Source: Octopus vulgaris (Eukaryota). Taken from it: a DNA stretch of 64,000 bases. The position numbers were made by a program, and so were the translations under genes. Under the pieces are notes generated by a model, which saw nothing but the letters and a program-made list of their open reading frames with translations, was not told the DNA's origin and did no database searches. Shown piece after piece: positions 41,398 to 55,439 of the stretch (positions are counted from its first letter, which is position 1; every line of letters begins with the position of its first letter). The stretch spans positions 36,642,001 through 36,706,000 of the forward strand of contig OX597829.1 in NCBI GenBank assembly GCA_951406725.2. The letters are read 5' to 3'.

Positions 41398-41820
41398 GGA
41401 TCTTTTCGGTTTGACCGGCAGTTTTTTAAAATAATTTCCAGGTAACTAAACACTTTTAAACTTCGTATACTGGTAGAATGTGTTTATAAAACATCTTTTT
41501 CTCTTGGCTTTATTGAGAAAATTCTATAGTTTGTAAGATATTTGTTGTTGTTTTTTTCTTCAATTTCTGCAATTTCAACCAATCAATGACGTCTATTGAG
41601 GTGAAAACATTCTGTGCCGTATGAATATGTCCCTCGTTTAAGAAACAGGTTGGGTTTATTTACATTTGTGAAGATAAAAAGATACCCTTCCCCCACCCCA
41701 ACCCTACCCCTAACCCTAAAACAGATTGAAATGCAATAGATCGATACTAGGGTCATAATTATGGGTGACAATTTCATATGACACCGCTAGAAAAAACTGT
41801 CGTTCAAACCGAAAAGATCC
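41398..41820. mobile_element. MITE with 30-bp TIRs and a 7-8-bp TSD (Merlin- or hAT-like)
   Basis: ggatcttttcggtttgaccggcagtttttt ... aaaaaactgtcgttcaaaccgaaaagatcc, flanked by cgatcttt and tgatcttt. Splits a decayed SINE B. Confidence 0.88.
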
Positions 41821-42323
41821 TGATCTTTTAAGCTTAAATCCCACCAGCGTCGGTTTTACCTTTACTCTTTCTGGGATCGATTAAATACGTTCCAATTAAG
41901 AAATGAATTAAATAAGTGAACTTATCAACTATATGCATAAGCAAAAACACAAATAATTGCATGACATATTTAATTTTAAACTTTAAGTCTCTATGTTAAA
42001 GGAGACGTTTTCCTCTCATTTTCTATATTATCTTCGGAAAGCAAAGAATAACAGCAACCAAACATTAACAGCTACATCAACAGTCAAGCTGTGCTCCTAG
42101 GGCACAGTTTTGTTGTTGGTATTGTTGGTATTATTGAACTTAATATTTTAGTAATAGCGATGGTATTTTGTTTTATTTTATCTGTGTGCTATATTTTTTT
42201 TCTTATTGCTATTATCAAAACTAATGTTCTTGTTGTTATTAAAGTTGTTATGACTCTTATTGATGTTGTTATTGTTGACATTGTATATATATTGCAATTT
42301 ATGTTATTGACATTATTGTTTTT

Positions 42324-42580
42324 ATGGTTGTAGTGGTGGTGGTGGTGGCGGCGGCGGCGGCTGCGGCGGAGGCGACGGCGGCAGCGGCGGTGGTGGCGGT
42401 GGTGGTGGCGGTGGTGGTGGCGGCGGCGGTGGTGATGGTGGTGGCGGCGGCGGAGGAGGAGGTGGCGGCGGTGGAGGTGGCGGAGGTGACGGTGGCGGAG
42501 GTGGCGGCGGCGACGGCGGCTGAAGAGGCGGCGGCGGAAGGCGACGGCGGTGGTGGCGGTGGTGGTGGTGGTGGTGGTGT
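42324..42580. repeat. GC-rich (GGC/GGT)n cryptic trinucleotide repeat
   Basis: Directly visible. Confidence 0.9.
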
Positions 42581-43181
42581 TTTTGTTATTGTCGATTTCG
42601 ATATCAGAGTATAATTATTGAGCTAACAATTCAATGCCAGAAGCAAAATTCCTCAGAAAAGTTCACGGAAAACTTACGAATTTCATTTTGAAGTTATTTC
42701 TTAACACACTCAATAATATTGAGTTACTTTTACTTGTTTTCATTGTTTCCCTATTACTTTTTTATATTTTAATTTTTTAGTGATGATGATGATGTTAATG
42801 TTTTGTACAATTCTTCTGCGTTCTTCAGATGTAATTTTTTTCTATCAATTTTCAAAAAAATTTTTTAATATTGATATTTACTTTTTTATCTTTTCTTTTC
42901 TTTTTCGATTTGCTTTACTAATTTGTCTGGATGTCCCTAGAATTGTCATCAACATTTTTTTTTAAAATTCAACAGATACAAAAATATTAACATTTATTTT
43001 AATTACTACTGGGACAAAAGTAAGTAGAGTACACTGAGGACAAAGACGAGTAAAAGAGAAAAATAAGGAGAAGCAAAAAGAGAAATTTATGAAGAATAGA
43101 CACACATACACACACACACATATACATACACATATACATACACACACAAAAATATAGATAGACAGATAAATAGACAGATAC

Positions 43182-43940
<759 letters not shown>

Positions 43941-44166
43941 ATATGAGTATAATTATAATTAGGCTTAGGCAAAAATTTTTCTTCACCACACATCGTGTTC
44001 GGTGTGTAGTGAAGCAAATTTTTTTACCTAACCCTAATTATAATTATACTCATAATTATAATAAATATTGTGTAAGTTTACCGATAATGGTCTTTTTAAC
44101 ATACCGAATACTACTTGGTGAAATTATTAATTATTAATAAATTAATTAATTAATTAATTTTACCCA

Positions 44167-44679
44167 GTGAAATACTGCATAATAAACAGTAAACGCCAAG
44201 AGAAAAATCTGAAAAAACAACTGACAAGAGCAAAATTCTCATCAGAGAATGAAACTGAATTCCTTGTAAAAGAATGTGGAGATAGTAGATGTGGGATCTT
44301 CAGTAACCACATTTACAAATATATAGAGGAAAACAGCCAAATAAAATTTAAGAGTGGACACACATTCAAAGCACATGCAAACATGAATTGCAAGATACAA
44401 AATTTAATATATTGCATAACCTGTCCCACATGCAAGGATAACTATATAGGTGAAACTGGCAATTCTTTATGCCAACGAACCAGAATTCACCGACAACATA
44501 TCCGACATGGAGAACTACAAAAAATTCCACTAAGTAAACAATTAGAAACATGTGGAGAAGGAAGATTCAAGATCTCCCCCTTCTATAAAGGCCCAAGAAA
44601 TGATACCTTCCTCAGAAAAAATATGAAACAACATTTCATATCAAAATTCTCCCCCCAAACTGATTGGCTGAAAATATGA
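44167..44679 (+). pseudogene. PLE GIY-YIG endonuclease domain (5'-truncated, open for 170 codons)
   Basis: NLKKQLTRAK, CGDSRCGI, NCKIQNLIYCITCPTCKDNYIGETGNSLCQRTRIHRQHI. Confidence 0.92.
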
Positions 44680-45343
44680 AAATTACATCAACTTCCTTAT
44701 AAACCCATCTGGAACCCTAAGATATATGCATATGTGTGTGTGCGTATGTATATACATAAATAGAGACATTCTTGAATCCAGATTTTCCAACCCATACCGG
44801 CATGGGAATCAAACATTGGACAATGATGATGATGATGATGATGATGATAAGTCCAGACAACTTTTTGAAAAATAACTTTCATTATTCCACATCAAAACAG
44901 AACCCCTTTAGAGTAACCACCTGGTCTTGCCATTTTTACAGACTAAGAATCAACTTGTCATCTTCTATTCAAAGAACTGACCAACTGTATAGATATAAAC
45001 ACATTTTTCCTTCCCTTCTTTCCTTCTCTTTTCCATTGACATTAAGAAAAAACACATTTTTTCACTTTGAAAACATTTTTCTTTCAGACCCCCTGGTGAG
45101 TTGGCTGAACCAAAGTAAGCATCTGTTCTAGCCACCTGCTTTAAAATATATATTGTTTTTCTTTATCTCTTGTTCAAAACATACACAGACACACACGCAT
45201 GCATAGACACACACAAACACACACAAACTGTCTCACTTTCTCCCTCCACTATCTCCCAATTCCTCACCCTCTTTTCCTACCCTTTACACTCCACATTACT
45301 CTTCTTTTCCCCTCTCTCTCTCCATCCCAACGCATTCGCTAAT

Positions 45344-45786
45344 ACTATAAAAAGAGACAAATCCCTTCACACAGTTCTAACAATTCGCGCAAGAGTCCAA
45401 CGGTCCCTTTTTGAAAGTTTTGGTTTTCTTCCGGAGTTTTGTTTCGCCGAGGAGGTTTTCGCTCTTTCTCAAAGGCTGTCATTACTTTCGAGACAGTACT
45501 TCTTGATACCAAACATTTCGGCTGTCTTCGTTACGCTAACCCCTGCCATGCGAGCACCAACAATTTGACCTCTTTGAAAGTCCTATAGATCTGTCATTTT
45601 AATGAATTTTAATTACCTTTTTCTGAGGATATCTAAAAAGAAACAGCAATTTTAACAAAACACATTAAGCAACATTAATAATAAATCCAAAAACATAAAA
45701 ATAAACAAGATTTTGGCGGTTTTATAGATATTTCAAAATTATGATGCTATGATGCTAGATGTTTCTATTATTTGGACCAACCCCTA
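45344..45786 (-). mobile_element. Tc1-like transposon 5' fragment
   Basis: TIR-like end at 45759-45786 followed by TA. MTDL*DFQRGQIVGARMAGVSVTKTAEMFG...SGRKPKLSKRDR. Confidence 0.88.
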
Positions 45787-46053
45787 TATAAATGAAGAAA
45801 GAAGAGAGTTCGATAGTTTAGTAGCATGTTATTATTTTAATTTTTCTGCCACGTCCGCCTGACACTCCTATATTTATGCGTATCTACACATAAGTGTGTT
45901 GGTGTGTGTCTACGTGCGTAGAAGTTATTTATATTCACATACATGTGTGCATATATATATATGTGTGTGTATGTATATATATTTGAGGGTGTGCGTATTT
46001 ATTTGTGTATGTAAATATTTATTTGTGTATTTATTCGTACACCTGTATATATG

Positions 46054-46105
<52 letters not shown>

Positions 46106-46131
46106 CATACATACATACATACATACATACA

Positions 46132-46160
<29 letters not shown>

Positions 46161-46163
<3 letters not shown>

Positions 46164-46440
46164 AGAGGGATGACCACTAGGTGGACATCCAATATGCTAA
46201 ATGTAGACTCCATATGGTCTGACCACTAAGAAACAATTGTTCTGAAGAAAATTCGGCAAATGCCAGAACGTAAGCGAGCAAGACAAATGAAAAGATACAA
46301 AATATAATGATTAGTCACATACCAGGTTTCATTGTTACTATTTACATATTTACATACGTAAATGTCCGCAATTCATCAGTGCGACCGTCATAGAAAATAT
46401 AATTCGCAGAACTGTACATGAGACGTCCACACGAAAGAGA
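46161..46440 (-). mobile_element. Short non-coding HHR-bearing repeat between microsatellites
   Basis: Homologous to 27723-28018. Confidence 0.8.
46313..46386 (-). ncRNA. Type I hammerhead ribozyme, intact core
   Basis: Minus strand: ggtcgca CTGATGA attg...caat GAAAC ctg GTA tgtgact. 7-bp stem I with two G-U pairs. Confidence 0.85.
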
Positions 46441-46443
46441 ATA

Positions 46444-46506
<63 letters not shown>

Positions 46507-46597
46507 ATACAGAAGGGTATTGAAATACCACTTGCTGCGAACAGAGCTGTCGCTCCAAACTACAATTCACTGACAATAAAAATATTAGTAATACTTA

Positions 46598-46992
46598 TCT
46601 TTATATATAAAAGCCAAGTTGTGTGTCTGTCTCCTCCGATTTAGATTCCTAACTACTCCCACATTTTGCGGTGCAGTTTAACCAAATCCTGGTATCTTAT
46701 AATCGTGATTCATATCGAGCCCTTCTGGGTATTAGCGCGCGTCAACGATGAGTCTACGATTTTTTTAAAAAATTACCATCATTTTTTCCATTTTAATGCA
46801 TTTTTTCGCTATTATATAAGGGAAGTAACTCTCTAAAAATGCCTACGATGAGTCAACGATTTTTAAAAAAATTACCATCATTTTTTTCCATTTTTAATGC
46901 ATTATTTTGCTATTTTTTGGCTATAACTCTCTAAAAATGCTTATATAGTTATTTCCCTTACAAACCCGAGCAACGCCGGGTGATACTGCTAG
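46598..46992 (+). mobile_element. Non-autonomous Helitron
   Basis: a^TCttt...cccgagcaacgccgggtgatactgCTAG^t; homologous to 9983-10499. Confidence 0.9.
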
Positions 46993-47117
46993 TTTAATTT
47001 AAATTTATTAATAACTCACGTTATGTTCGTCTTTTGAATGAGGCAGGGCATTCAAATGTAAGAACGCACATGGTGTAATGTGAAGAATATTTCAGAAATA
47101 GCGTATTCTGTGTTAGG

Positions 47118-47176
47118 TCCAGCTGATGAGCTTAAGTATTTTTTAAATACACAAAGCGAAATCTATAGATCCTGGA
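47118..47176 (+). ncRNA. Type I hammerhead ribozyme, intact core
   Basis: tccag CTGATGA gctt...aagc GAA atctatagat C ctgga. Palindromic stem III, AUC cleavage triplet (C47171). Confidence 0.9.
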
Positions 47177-47504
47177 ATATACACATCCTTACTTATGTAT
47201 TCCATGCAAGGTAAGCCTGTCTCTGGTTTGTTTATCGCATTCACCGTGTGTATTTTTATAGTGGTTTAGAGCGACAGCTCTGTTCATAGCAAGTTGTATT
47301 TCAGTACCCTTCTGTATTTTATTTATATTTTACCTATAGATATCTAATCTTGCTAGCCACTTTATTATTAACATTATTTTAAATAATATTAGTGACACTT
47401 ATTAAATTTAAATATATATATATATATTTATATATGTAAAGGCACTTATATATGTGTGCAAGCTTGTGTCTATGTATATTTAAGAACTCTTATACGTATA
47501 AATC

Positions 47505-47843
47505 AACCCCAAGACTTATTCTTTGTAAGCCTAGTACTTATTCTATCGGTCTCTTTTGCCGAACCGCTATGTTACGGGGATGTAAACACACCAGCATCGG
47601 TTGTCAAGCGATGTTGGGAAGACAAACACAGACACATAAACATATACACACACGTACACACATACATATATATATATATACATACATACGACGGGCTTCT
47701 TTCAATTTCCGTCTACCAAATCCACTCGCAAGGCTTTGGTCGGCCCGAGTCTAGAGTAGAAGACACTTGCCCAAGGTACCACGCAGTGGGACTGAACCCG
47801 GAACCATGTGGTTGGTAAGCAAGCTACTTACCGCACAGCCACT
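47505..47843 (-). mobile_element. SINE family A
   Basis: Reverse complement of the 10598 copy, tail truncated. Confidence 0.9.
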
Positions 47844-47905
47844 ACAATTTTATGCAGTATATTTTATGATCATTACAACCTACACGTATTCCATTCCATA
47901 CATAC

Positions 47906-48159
47906 ATGACAGATCTATAGGACTTTCAAAGAGGTCAAATTGTTGGTGCTCGCATGGCAGGGGTTAGCGTAACGAAGACAGCCGAAATGTTTGGTATCAA
48001 GAAGTAATATCTCGAAAGTAATGACAGCCTTTGAGAAAGAGCGAAAACCTCCTCGGCGAAACAAAACTCCGGAAGAAAACCAAAACTTTCAAAAAGGGAC
48101 CGTTGGACTCTTGCGCGAATTGTTAGAACTGTGTGAAGAGATTTGTCTCTTTTTATAGT
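47906..48159 (+). mobile_element. Inverted duplicate of the Tc1 fragment
   Basis: 254-bp inverse of 45344-45597 with about 3 mismatches. Confidence 0.92.
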
Positions 48160-48630
48160 TAGGGTTCGGTGAGTGCGGGTTGCTTTCAAACTGAAATCTG
48201 GTCTTAACAGGGTCCAACTACTACAAAACACAAAGACCCCTGCGAAAACAGTAATATTAGACTTAGGACAGCAACTGGTGTGAATCTGAGGTCAACCGCG
48301 CAAGCCTACAAGCAGATTAGATTTCAGTTTCAGAACAACCACACACTCCCTGAGCCCTAACTATCAAACAATCAACTCCACTCAGTTCGCTACGAAATTA
48401 GCCAAATAGGCATACCCTGAAGAAACTGCACCGACAATCATGATAGTTTACATCTGCAACTACTCGTAATTTGCGAAATGGAAGAACGGGCAGGTCGTAA
48501 TGACCATAAAAATATGCTGTATTAAATTGTAAAATAAGTGAAAATAAATTTTGAGGATGAACAGGCCTCTATGTTCTATATCGTTATAATTTTTGCTAAT
48601 ATACACACCAGACAATATTACCATCCAGTG

Positions 48631-48675
48631 AAAGGTATTTTTCGATGTTGTTGTTATTATTATTGTTGTTGTTGT

Positions 48676-48715
<40 letters not shown>

Positions 48716-48850
48716 ATTGAGGTCACTCCCTGGAATCAAATTCGGAATCTTGGGGTCAGTAGCCCGCGCTCTTAACCGCTACCCCATGGCGTATTGGTTA
48801 AGAGTGCGGGCTACTAATCCCATGATTCCGAGTTCGATTCCAGGCAGTGA

Positions 48851-48936
<86 letters not shown>

Positions 48937-48991
48937 GCAACAACATCGTAAAATATCTTAGAAATGAGAACCCAGGTTCGAAATTTCCCCA
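48631..48991. mobile_element. Head-to-head dimer of the tRNA-like/(AAT)n unit
   Basis: Symmetry centre ccatgg at 48784-48789. Plus head tggcgtattggttaagagtgcgggctactaatccc..gagttcgattcc, then (AAT)n, then gaaatgagaacccaggttcgaaatttcccca as in the 4130-4400 unit. Confidence 0.85.
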
Positions 48992-49088
48992 CGTTTACAT
49001 ATATGTATATATATATATATAGTAATGGTAAGACAACGAAAGAAGGAAAGAGAACTTGATAATATGTAAACAGAGGAATTTATTTCTA

Positions 49089-49300
49089 ATATAATATGGG
49101 ACAATTATTCAGTTGCCATAATAAAACTCCGAGTTTCGGGTGTCGAGGCGGAAATCTGCACCGGCATCTCTTCAGTTATCCAGCAATTCCGATGGTCGGA
49201 TAACTGAAGAAATGGCGGCGTGGATTTCCACCCGACATCCGAAACTCTGAGTTTATAATGGCTACCGAATAATTGTCACATATTACATTTACAGATTTAC

Positions 49301-49344
<44 letters not shown>

Positions 49345-49437
49345 GTAATATAATGTGACAATTATTCGGTTGCTATGATAAAACTCCAGTTTCGGATGTC
49401 GGGGCGGAAACCTGCACCGGTATCTCTTTGGTTATCA
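49089..49437. ncRNA. Three alternating copies of an HHR-like unit (minus, plus, minus)
   Basis: Minus 49121-49179: ataa CTGAAGA gatg...c GAAAC tcgga GTT ttat. Plus copy 49200-49256. Degenerate minus copy 49378-49436. Confidence 0.7.
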
Positions 49438-50784
49438 AAGCAATTAAAATATGCTATGAAAATGACCGTTAAATAAAGGAAAAACCGAAGAGAGGCAATA
49501 CAAAGTAAAGGAGTAAGAAAGATCATAGCAATCGCTCGTGCGCGCATGTACATGCATACACATGCGCGCACGCACACCCACGTCTGTTCACTCAGACTCG
49601 CATGAAACACACATGCGCACCCACACATACGTCACATAGAGGCACACATATATATATGCAACCATGCATGTACACGTATACAAATCCACACACACACGCA
49701 CACACGTGCCCATACCCATACGCGCACAGATATATTCAAATACGCGCGCGCGCACACAGGTAATTATACGCGCACAATTATATTCAAATGCACGTCTAAA
49801 AAACATACATGCTATATGTGCATACGCTCACTTACAGTCGCGTGGACTCCCACGTAAATATGCAACCATACACATGTGCTTATACATGTACATATATATA
49901 TACCCGCGCACACGCACACACACATACACACGCACACACACATACACACGCACAAAAAAATTCATATACATGTTTATAAACGCACATTCACAAGAAAAAT
50001 GCAGGGTGGAAGGCCAAATACTGGAAAAAAGTGTAAAAATATATAAAGTAATAAAAATATAAAAATATATCTCTGTAAGTATGTAAAAAATATGTAAATA
50101 TATATATAAGAAATATATAAAAAGTATAGAGAGATAAAAAGCTTGTACGTGGACACAATATAAAGCAAGTTCTATCTTATCTTAGGAGTACCATAAACGT
50201 AACAAATATTTAGCCATATGTGGACTTGATCCAAAAAGTTCAGTTCTTGAATTTAGACATGTAGTGGGATCTAAGCTGCTTTTCCAGATGAGCCATCTTT
50301 CCATATCACGAAGACCGCATTTACCACTACTGTTCGTGTAAGGCTTACACTTGTCTAATATCTTCCAATGGATGTGCGGTAACTTACGGATTTTATAATG
50401 TTGGATTATTTATTCATTTTACAAATGAGAACATCAAAAACATACAAAATATTATATAAATCAATAGATAAGATAATAATACAAAACAGATTTTAAAAGT
50501 CATATTATAAGTTAATGAAATCCTAAAATTACTTCTTACAGCTGTTTCAGCCTATGAATTAATTGCATTGCAATTAAAAACATTTATGTATTAAGAATTT
50601 GGGTACTTTACCAACAGTATATTGGATAAATGATATCCCATAGAGCGTTACACCCATAATCCCTTACTTATCTTACTTTGTATTATATATATATATACAA
50701 GGATAATATTGTTTATAATAATATCAGTGGTTTCAGTAATTTTGACTGCAATTTTAGCATGCTGATACTACCAGCAGATCCGGT

Positions 50785-51280
50785 CGCTTTCGCGGAACAT
50801 CCTCCCTCTCAAACACTTCAAAACGTCGCAGTAGAACTCACGATTTACGGTCTGGCCCTGGGGGAAGAATTCTTGATGCTCAGTACTAAATTTCTAGGTG
50901 GTGATGCTCGTGGCAGGTCTTCCAGATTGCTGACTGTCTTCTACAGACGTTCTTCCGCAACTTGAAACATTGTGTACGGCACATTGCCTCGTTTCCGTAG
51001 TCTTGCCGAAGAGTGCTTAGTGTCTCTGTAGCAGACGCCAAATGTTTAAGACAAAATTTCACGTTGACTCTTCGTCCTTGTCCATGACAAAAACCAGACT
51101 TCAGCATACACGTGATCACAAAAACACAAATTTAACAATTTGCGAAATAAACACAGCAATGTCATTTGGGTCACTGCCTTGCGAAATTCACTGCTCGCTC
51201 TCGTTACGCACGCAACCGTGTGCTGCCATCTGTTGGCGTACTACAGAACTAGTCCGGAAACCTTTTGGTACCACATGGTG
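50785..51280 (-). mobile_element. Mariner-type transposon 5' fragment
   Basis: RVNVKFCLKHLASATETLSTLRQDYGNEAMCRTQCFK (mariner HTH); TIR-like at 51250-51280. Confidence 0.85.
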
Positions 51281-51772
51281 TGTGTGTGTGTATGTGTGTG
51301 TGTTTTATCTTTTACTTGTCATTTGACTGCGGTCATGCTGGGGCACCACCTTGAACGTTGACAGTAAGTATTTCTATGCTTTGTTTATTTTAAGTATAAT
51401 TCACTCCTTTCCTTTCCAGTTTACCTAACCGAAAATTTCTGTACATTACAATTATCTGTTTCCATTTTTATGTTATCGAAATAAACACTTCGTTGACAAA
51501 TATTCAGGGAAACTTTTAAGAGACTTTTAAAACAAATTCATAGCACGTTAAAAGGAAAATAAATAAATAAAAACTTGTTTTTTTAAAAAATACATGAAAA
51601 GAAATGGAAAGAATTTTTCTGCAAAGTCAATAAATAGAAGACAACTGCATCATCATGAACCTACCGTCGTTAATGAAAGACGATCCATTTGTCATATAAC
51701 ACGAATTAAAATTCTGCCTTCGAGCTATGGTAAATAGGTTCTTCTCAGTGTAGCAAATGTATGTGTAAAATG

Positions 51773-52432
<660 letters not shown>

Positions 52433-53287
52433 GCAAAATATTTACACAGAGAGGAGTGAGAATTATAAATACATGTATCCGTGTGTTTGCGTAACTCGCT
52501 CACACAAATGCATACTTATATCAATATAACTGTGCATATATAAATCTTTTCATACACCTGCTTTCTTATATATGAGTGTATGCACGTGCGTGTGTGTGTG
52601 TGTATCTGTAAGTGTGCGAGCAATATCCATCTATCAATGCTTGGGTGTGTACCTGTGCGCATGTGTGTGCCATCCAGTTATATGTGCGTGTAAGTATATA
52701 GATATATGTACATACATACTTAGACGTTAATTTCCTATAGGATTATTGTAATCTCTACATGATGAATCACGTATTTTTTAATTTTCATTTCTATGTAACA
52801 GAAAATATATCAAAAAGTGTCACGGTTGTTTAACACCAATCGATCTACAACCAACAAAATATTAAAGACTATAAGAACTGAAAAAACAACTTGGAACAAC
52901 AAATTGGAAAGTGTAGTCCCAAATAAACGAGGTTAAATCAACTTCATTTTAATTCTATCACTAATGATTCCAACTTCACAATCTAAACTACTGTTACAGT
53001 TTAGATTGAATTGAGCAGTTTGGTTTTTCTTAACAAGGTTTTAAGACAGAATGTTCATGGAAGTTTAGTAGAATTTGTTCTTTTCTCATGGATACCGAAG
53101 ATACTTATGAAGAAGTTTCAGCCTTGTATCTTTGAATCTGTAGTTAATTGAATATAGCCACCTCGGTTACATAATTTCAAGTACGTTATCTCATTACGAT
53201 AGCCATTATATCTGATTACAAATATTTTATACGAAATTTGAATGTGAATATATTTGTTAGCTGCCGGATACATTTATGAATAATATT

Positions 53288-53488
53288 GATTTCAAATTTT
53301 GGCACAAGCAATATCGGAGTATGTCGATTACATCCACCCTAGTGTCCAACTAGTACTTCTTTTGTCGACCTCGAAAGGATGAAAGGAAAAGTCGACCTCA
53401 AAAAAATTTGAACTCAGAACGGAAAGACACGAAATACTGCTAAGCATTTTGCCCAGTGTAGCTAACAATTCTTCCAAATTGCCGCCTC
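53288..53488 (-). mobile_element. SINE family B with 18-bp TSD
   Basis: acatttatgaataatatt at 53270-53287 and 53489-53506. Confidence 0.88.
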
Positions 53489-54992
53489 ACATTTATGAAT
53501 AATATTAATTCTCGGGGAAAATGATAGTTAAAATAATTATATCAGGGAACTTAATATCAAATAAGGATGGGGAAGTTGTAGGAAAATAAGTGTATTTGAG
53601 TGTTTAATGTTAAACAATGCTAAATGAATTGAAATGAAATAGAAAATTTGCGTTGGGATTTATTATGCTCGTTGCAGAACGTAATTGTGACTTAACAGGC
53701 TTAAAAACAAGTTGACGAAACTAACCATACCACTGATTTTCTTTTATTTTGGCACACTTATGCTTCCAGTTGCTTTTATCAAGTACCATTCTCCAGTTCA
53801 TAAGTTTCTGTAAGTTGCATAAAGCCATTATGGTCAGTTTTGTTGTCCTAATCTTGATAACTGGCAATTAAAAAAATATTTCGCAATGATTTCGCTACGG
53901 CACAAACCAAAGAACACTTTTCTCACTAAGTCGAAGTTGTATCTTGAGTTTCTATTGATGATTCTGAATTTTTTATTTTCTACCAAAGAAACTCGGATTT
54001 CTTATATGCAGAAAATATTTACCGGTGCTTGAATAATAATTCATTTAACAGCCAACTAATTTTGCTTTGAATAAAGGCAAATACAGAGGATAATTTATTT
54101 TGTTAGCGAAATTTATGAACAAAGACTAGTTGAATTTATTATATGCCTGAAGTAATGAGTTTTAATAACGTGGATATTTAATCCTGATTTCTTCAGACAT
54201 CTAGAGGATTTCCTAAGAACCTCCTGATCTCTACTACTAGTGGGGGTGGCAGGACTTGCATTTTAGAGACACATCATTATTGCGTGTGTCAAGAGCGTTT
54301 GAGGAGGGGTGCAAAAGAATCAAAAACGTATACAACCGTTTTCAGCTGTCGGGCAGTTAGTCTGTCAACTGTTTGAACTGGTCGACCACAAATTTCTGAC
54401 CTGTTTAGTCGGCTTAATGAAGGGGGTCTTATGAAAGAATAGAGTGAAGAGGATTTAGTTAGGAATTTAAAAGAGGTAATTGGTAAAAGCATCCTGGCCG
54501 ATATGTTCGTGACGAGAATGGCTTCGACCATTTCTTGAACACGAAACATGAATATTATGTTTTAAAAGCTACACGTGCGCTGAAACACGAGGTACTATAA
54601 GTTGTCCGATGGGGTGAAGTGAAGGAGGTAAAACGTAGCAACGACTCTAAAACCCGTTCTTTCCGGAACAGCAACGAACACGCTATTTGATTTTGAGCAG
54701 ATTTTTGCGGCTTTCCAGCAGCGCGTTGCTCAATAGTTTGAAGCGGTCAAAGGGTCGGAGACGGTAGAAATTTTAATTTCCTACTCGGACGGTTTACAGA
54801 CACATGGCAGAAGACGCGAAATACTGCAAGAATTCCGATAAATATTTTCATACACATTAGGCAATGAGTAGTTGAATTAGAAGCAAATTGCTCAGTTTGA
54901 ATGGTTTGGCTTTACGAATACATTTTACATCAACTTGCTGAAGAACGGAAGAATTCATGGTACTGTCATCCGAGATATGGTAACTCTTTAAT

Positions 54993-55004
54993 GTATTATT
55001 ATTA

Positions 55005-55062
<58 letters not shown>

Positions 55063-55107
55063 TACTATTACTATTATTATTATTATTATTATTACTATTA
55101 CTATTAC

Positions 55108-55164
<57 letters not shown>

Positions 55165-55183
55165 CATCATCATCATCATCATT
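54993..55183. repeat. (TAT)n/(CAT)n microsatellite
   Basis: Directly visible. Confidence 0.95.
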
Positions 55184-55439
55184 ATCTTTCAATTCTGTTT
55201 CCATTTCTTGCCGATTGTCTTCCTGACACATAGAGGAGAGAGATGAATTGTATACATTGGTAGGCCATTAGAAGAAACACACCAAATTTTCCATTTGCAA
55301 CATCATGTGATAGAGAAGAAAGACTGACAGAAAAAAAGAAAAAGAGAAAGTAAACAAAGAAAACAAAGGGGAAAAGGGAAAGAAAATTCACAGCGACAAT
55401 GCTCTTCTCACTACGTGTGACGTACCAGTTAATACAATC

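Noticed and set aside
42324-42614. Ala/Val/Gly-rich ORF as a host exon
   Set aside because: Explained by the GGC/GGT repeat; no recognisable domain or convincing splice context.
48787-48853. Functional tRNA-Ser(ACT) gene (also the heads at 38087 and 56868)
   Set aside because: Acceptor and T stems pair poorly, there is no long variable arm, and copies are embedded in repeats. Treated as tRNA-derived heads.
54290-54840. Possible further PLE fragment on the minus strand
   Set aside because: Only vague similarity to the RT-endonuclease linker; no diagnostic motif readable by eye.
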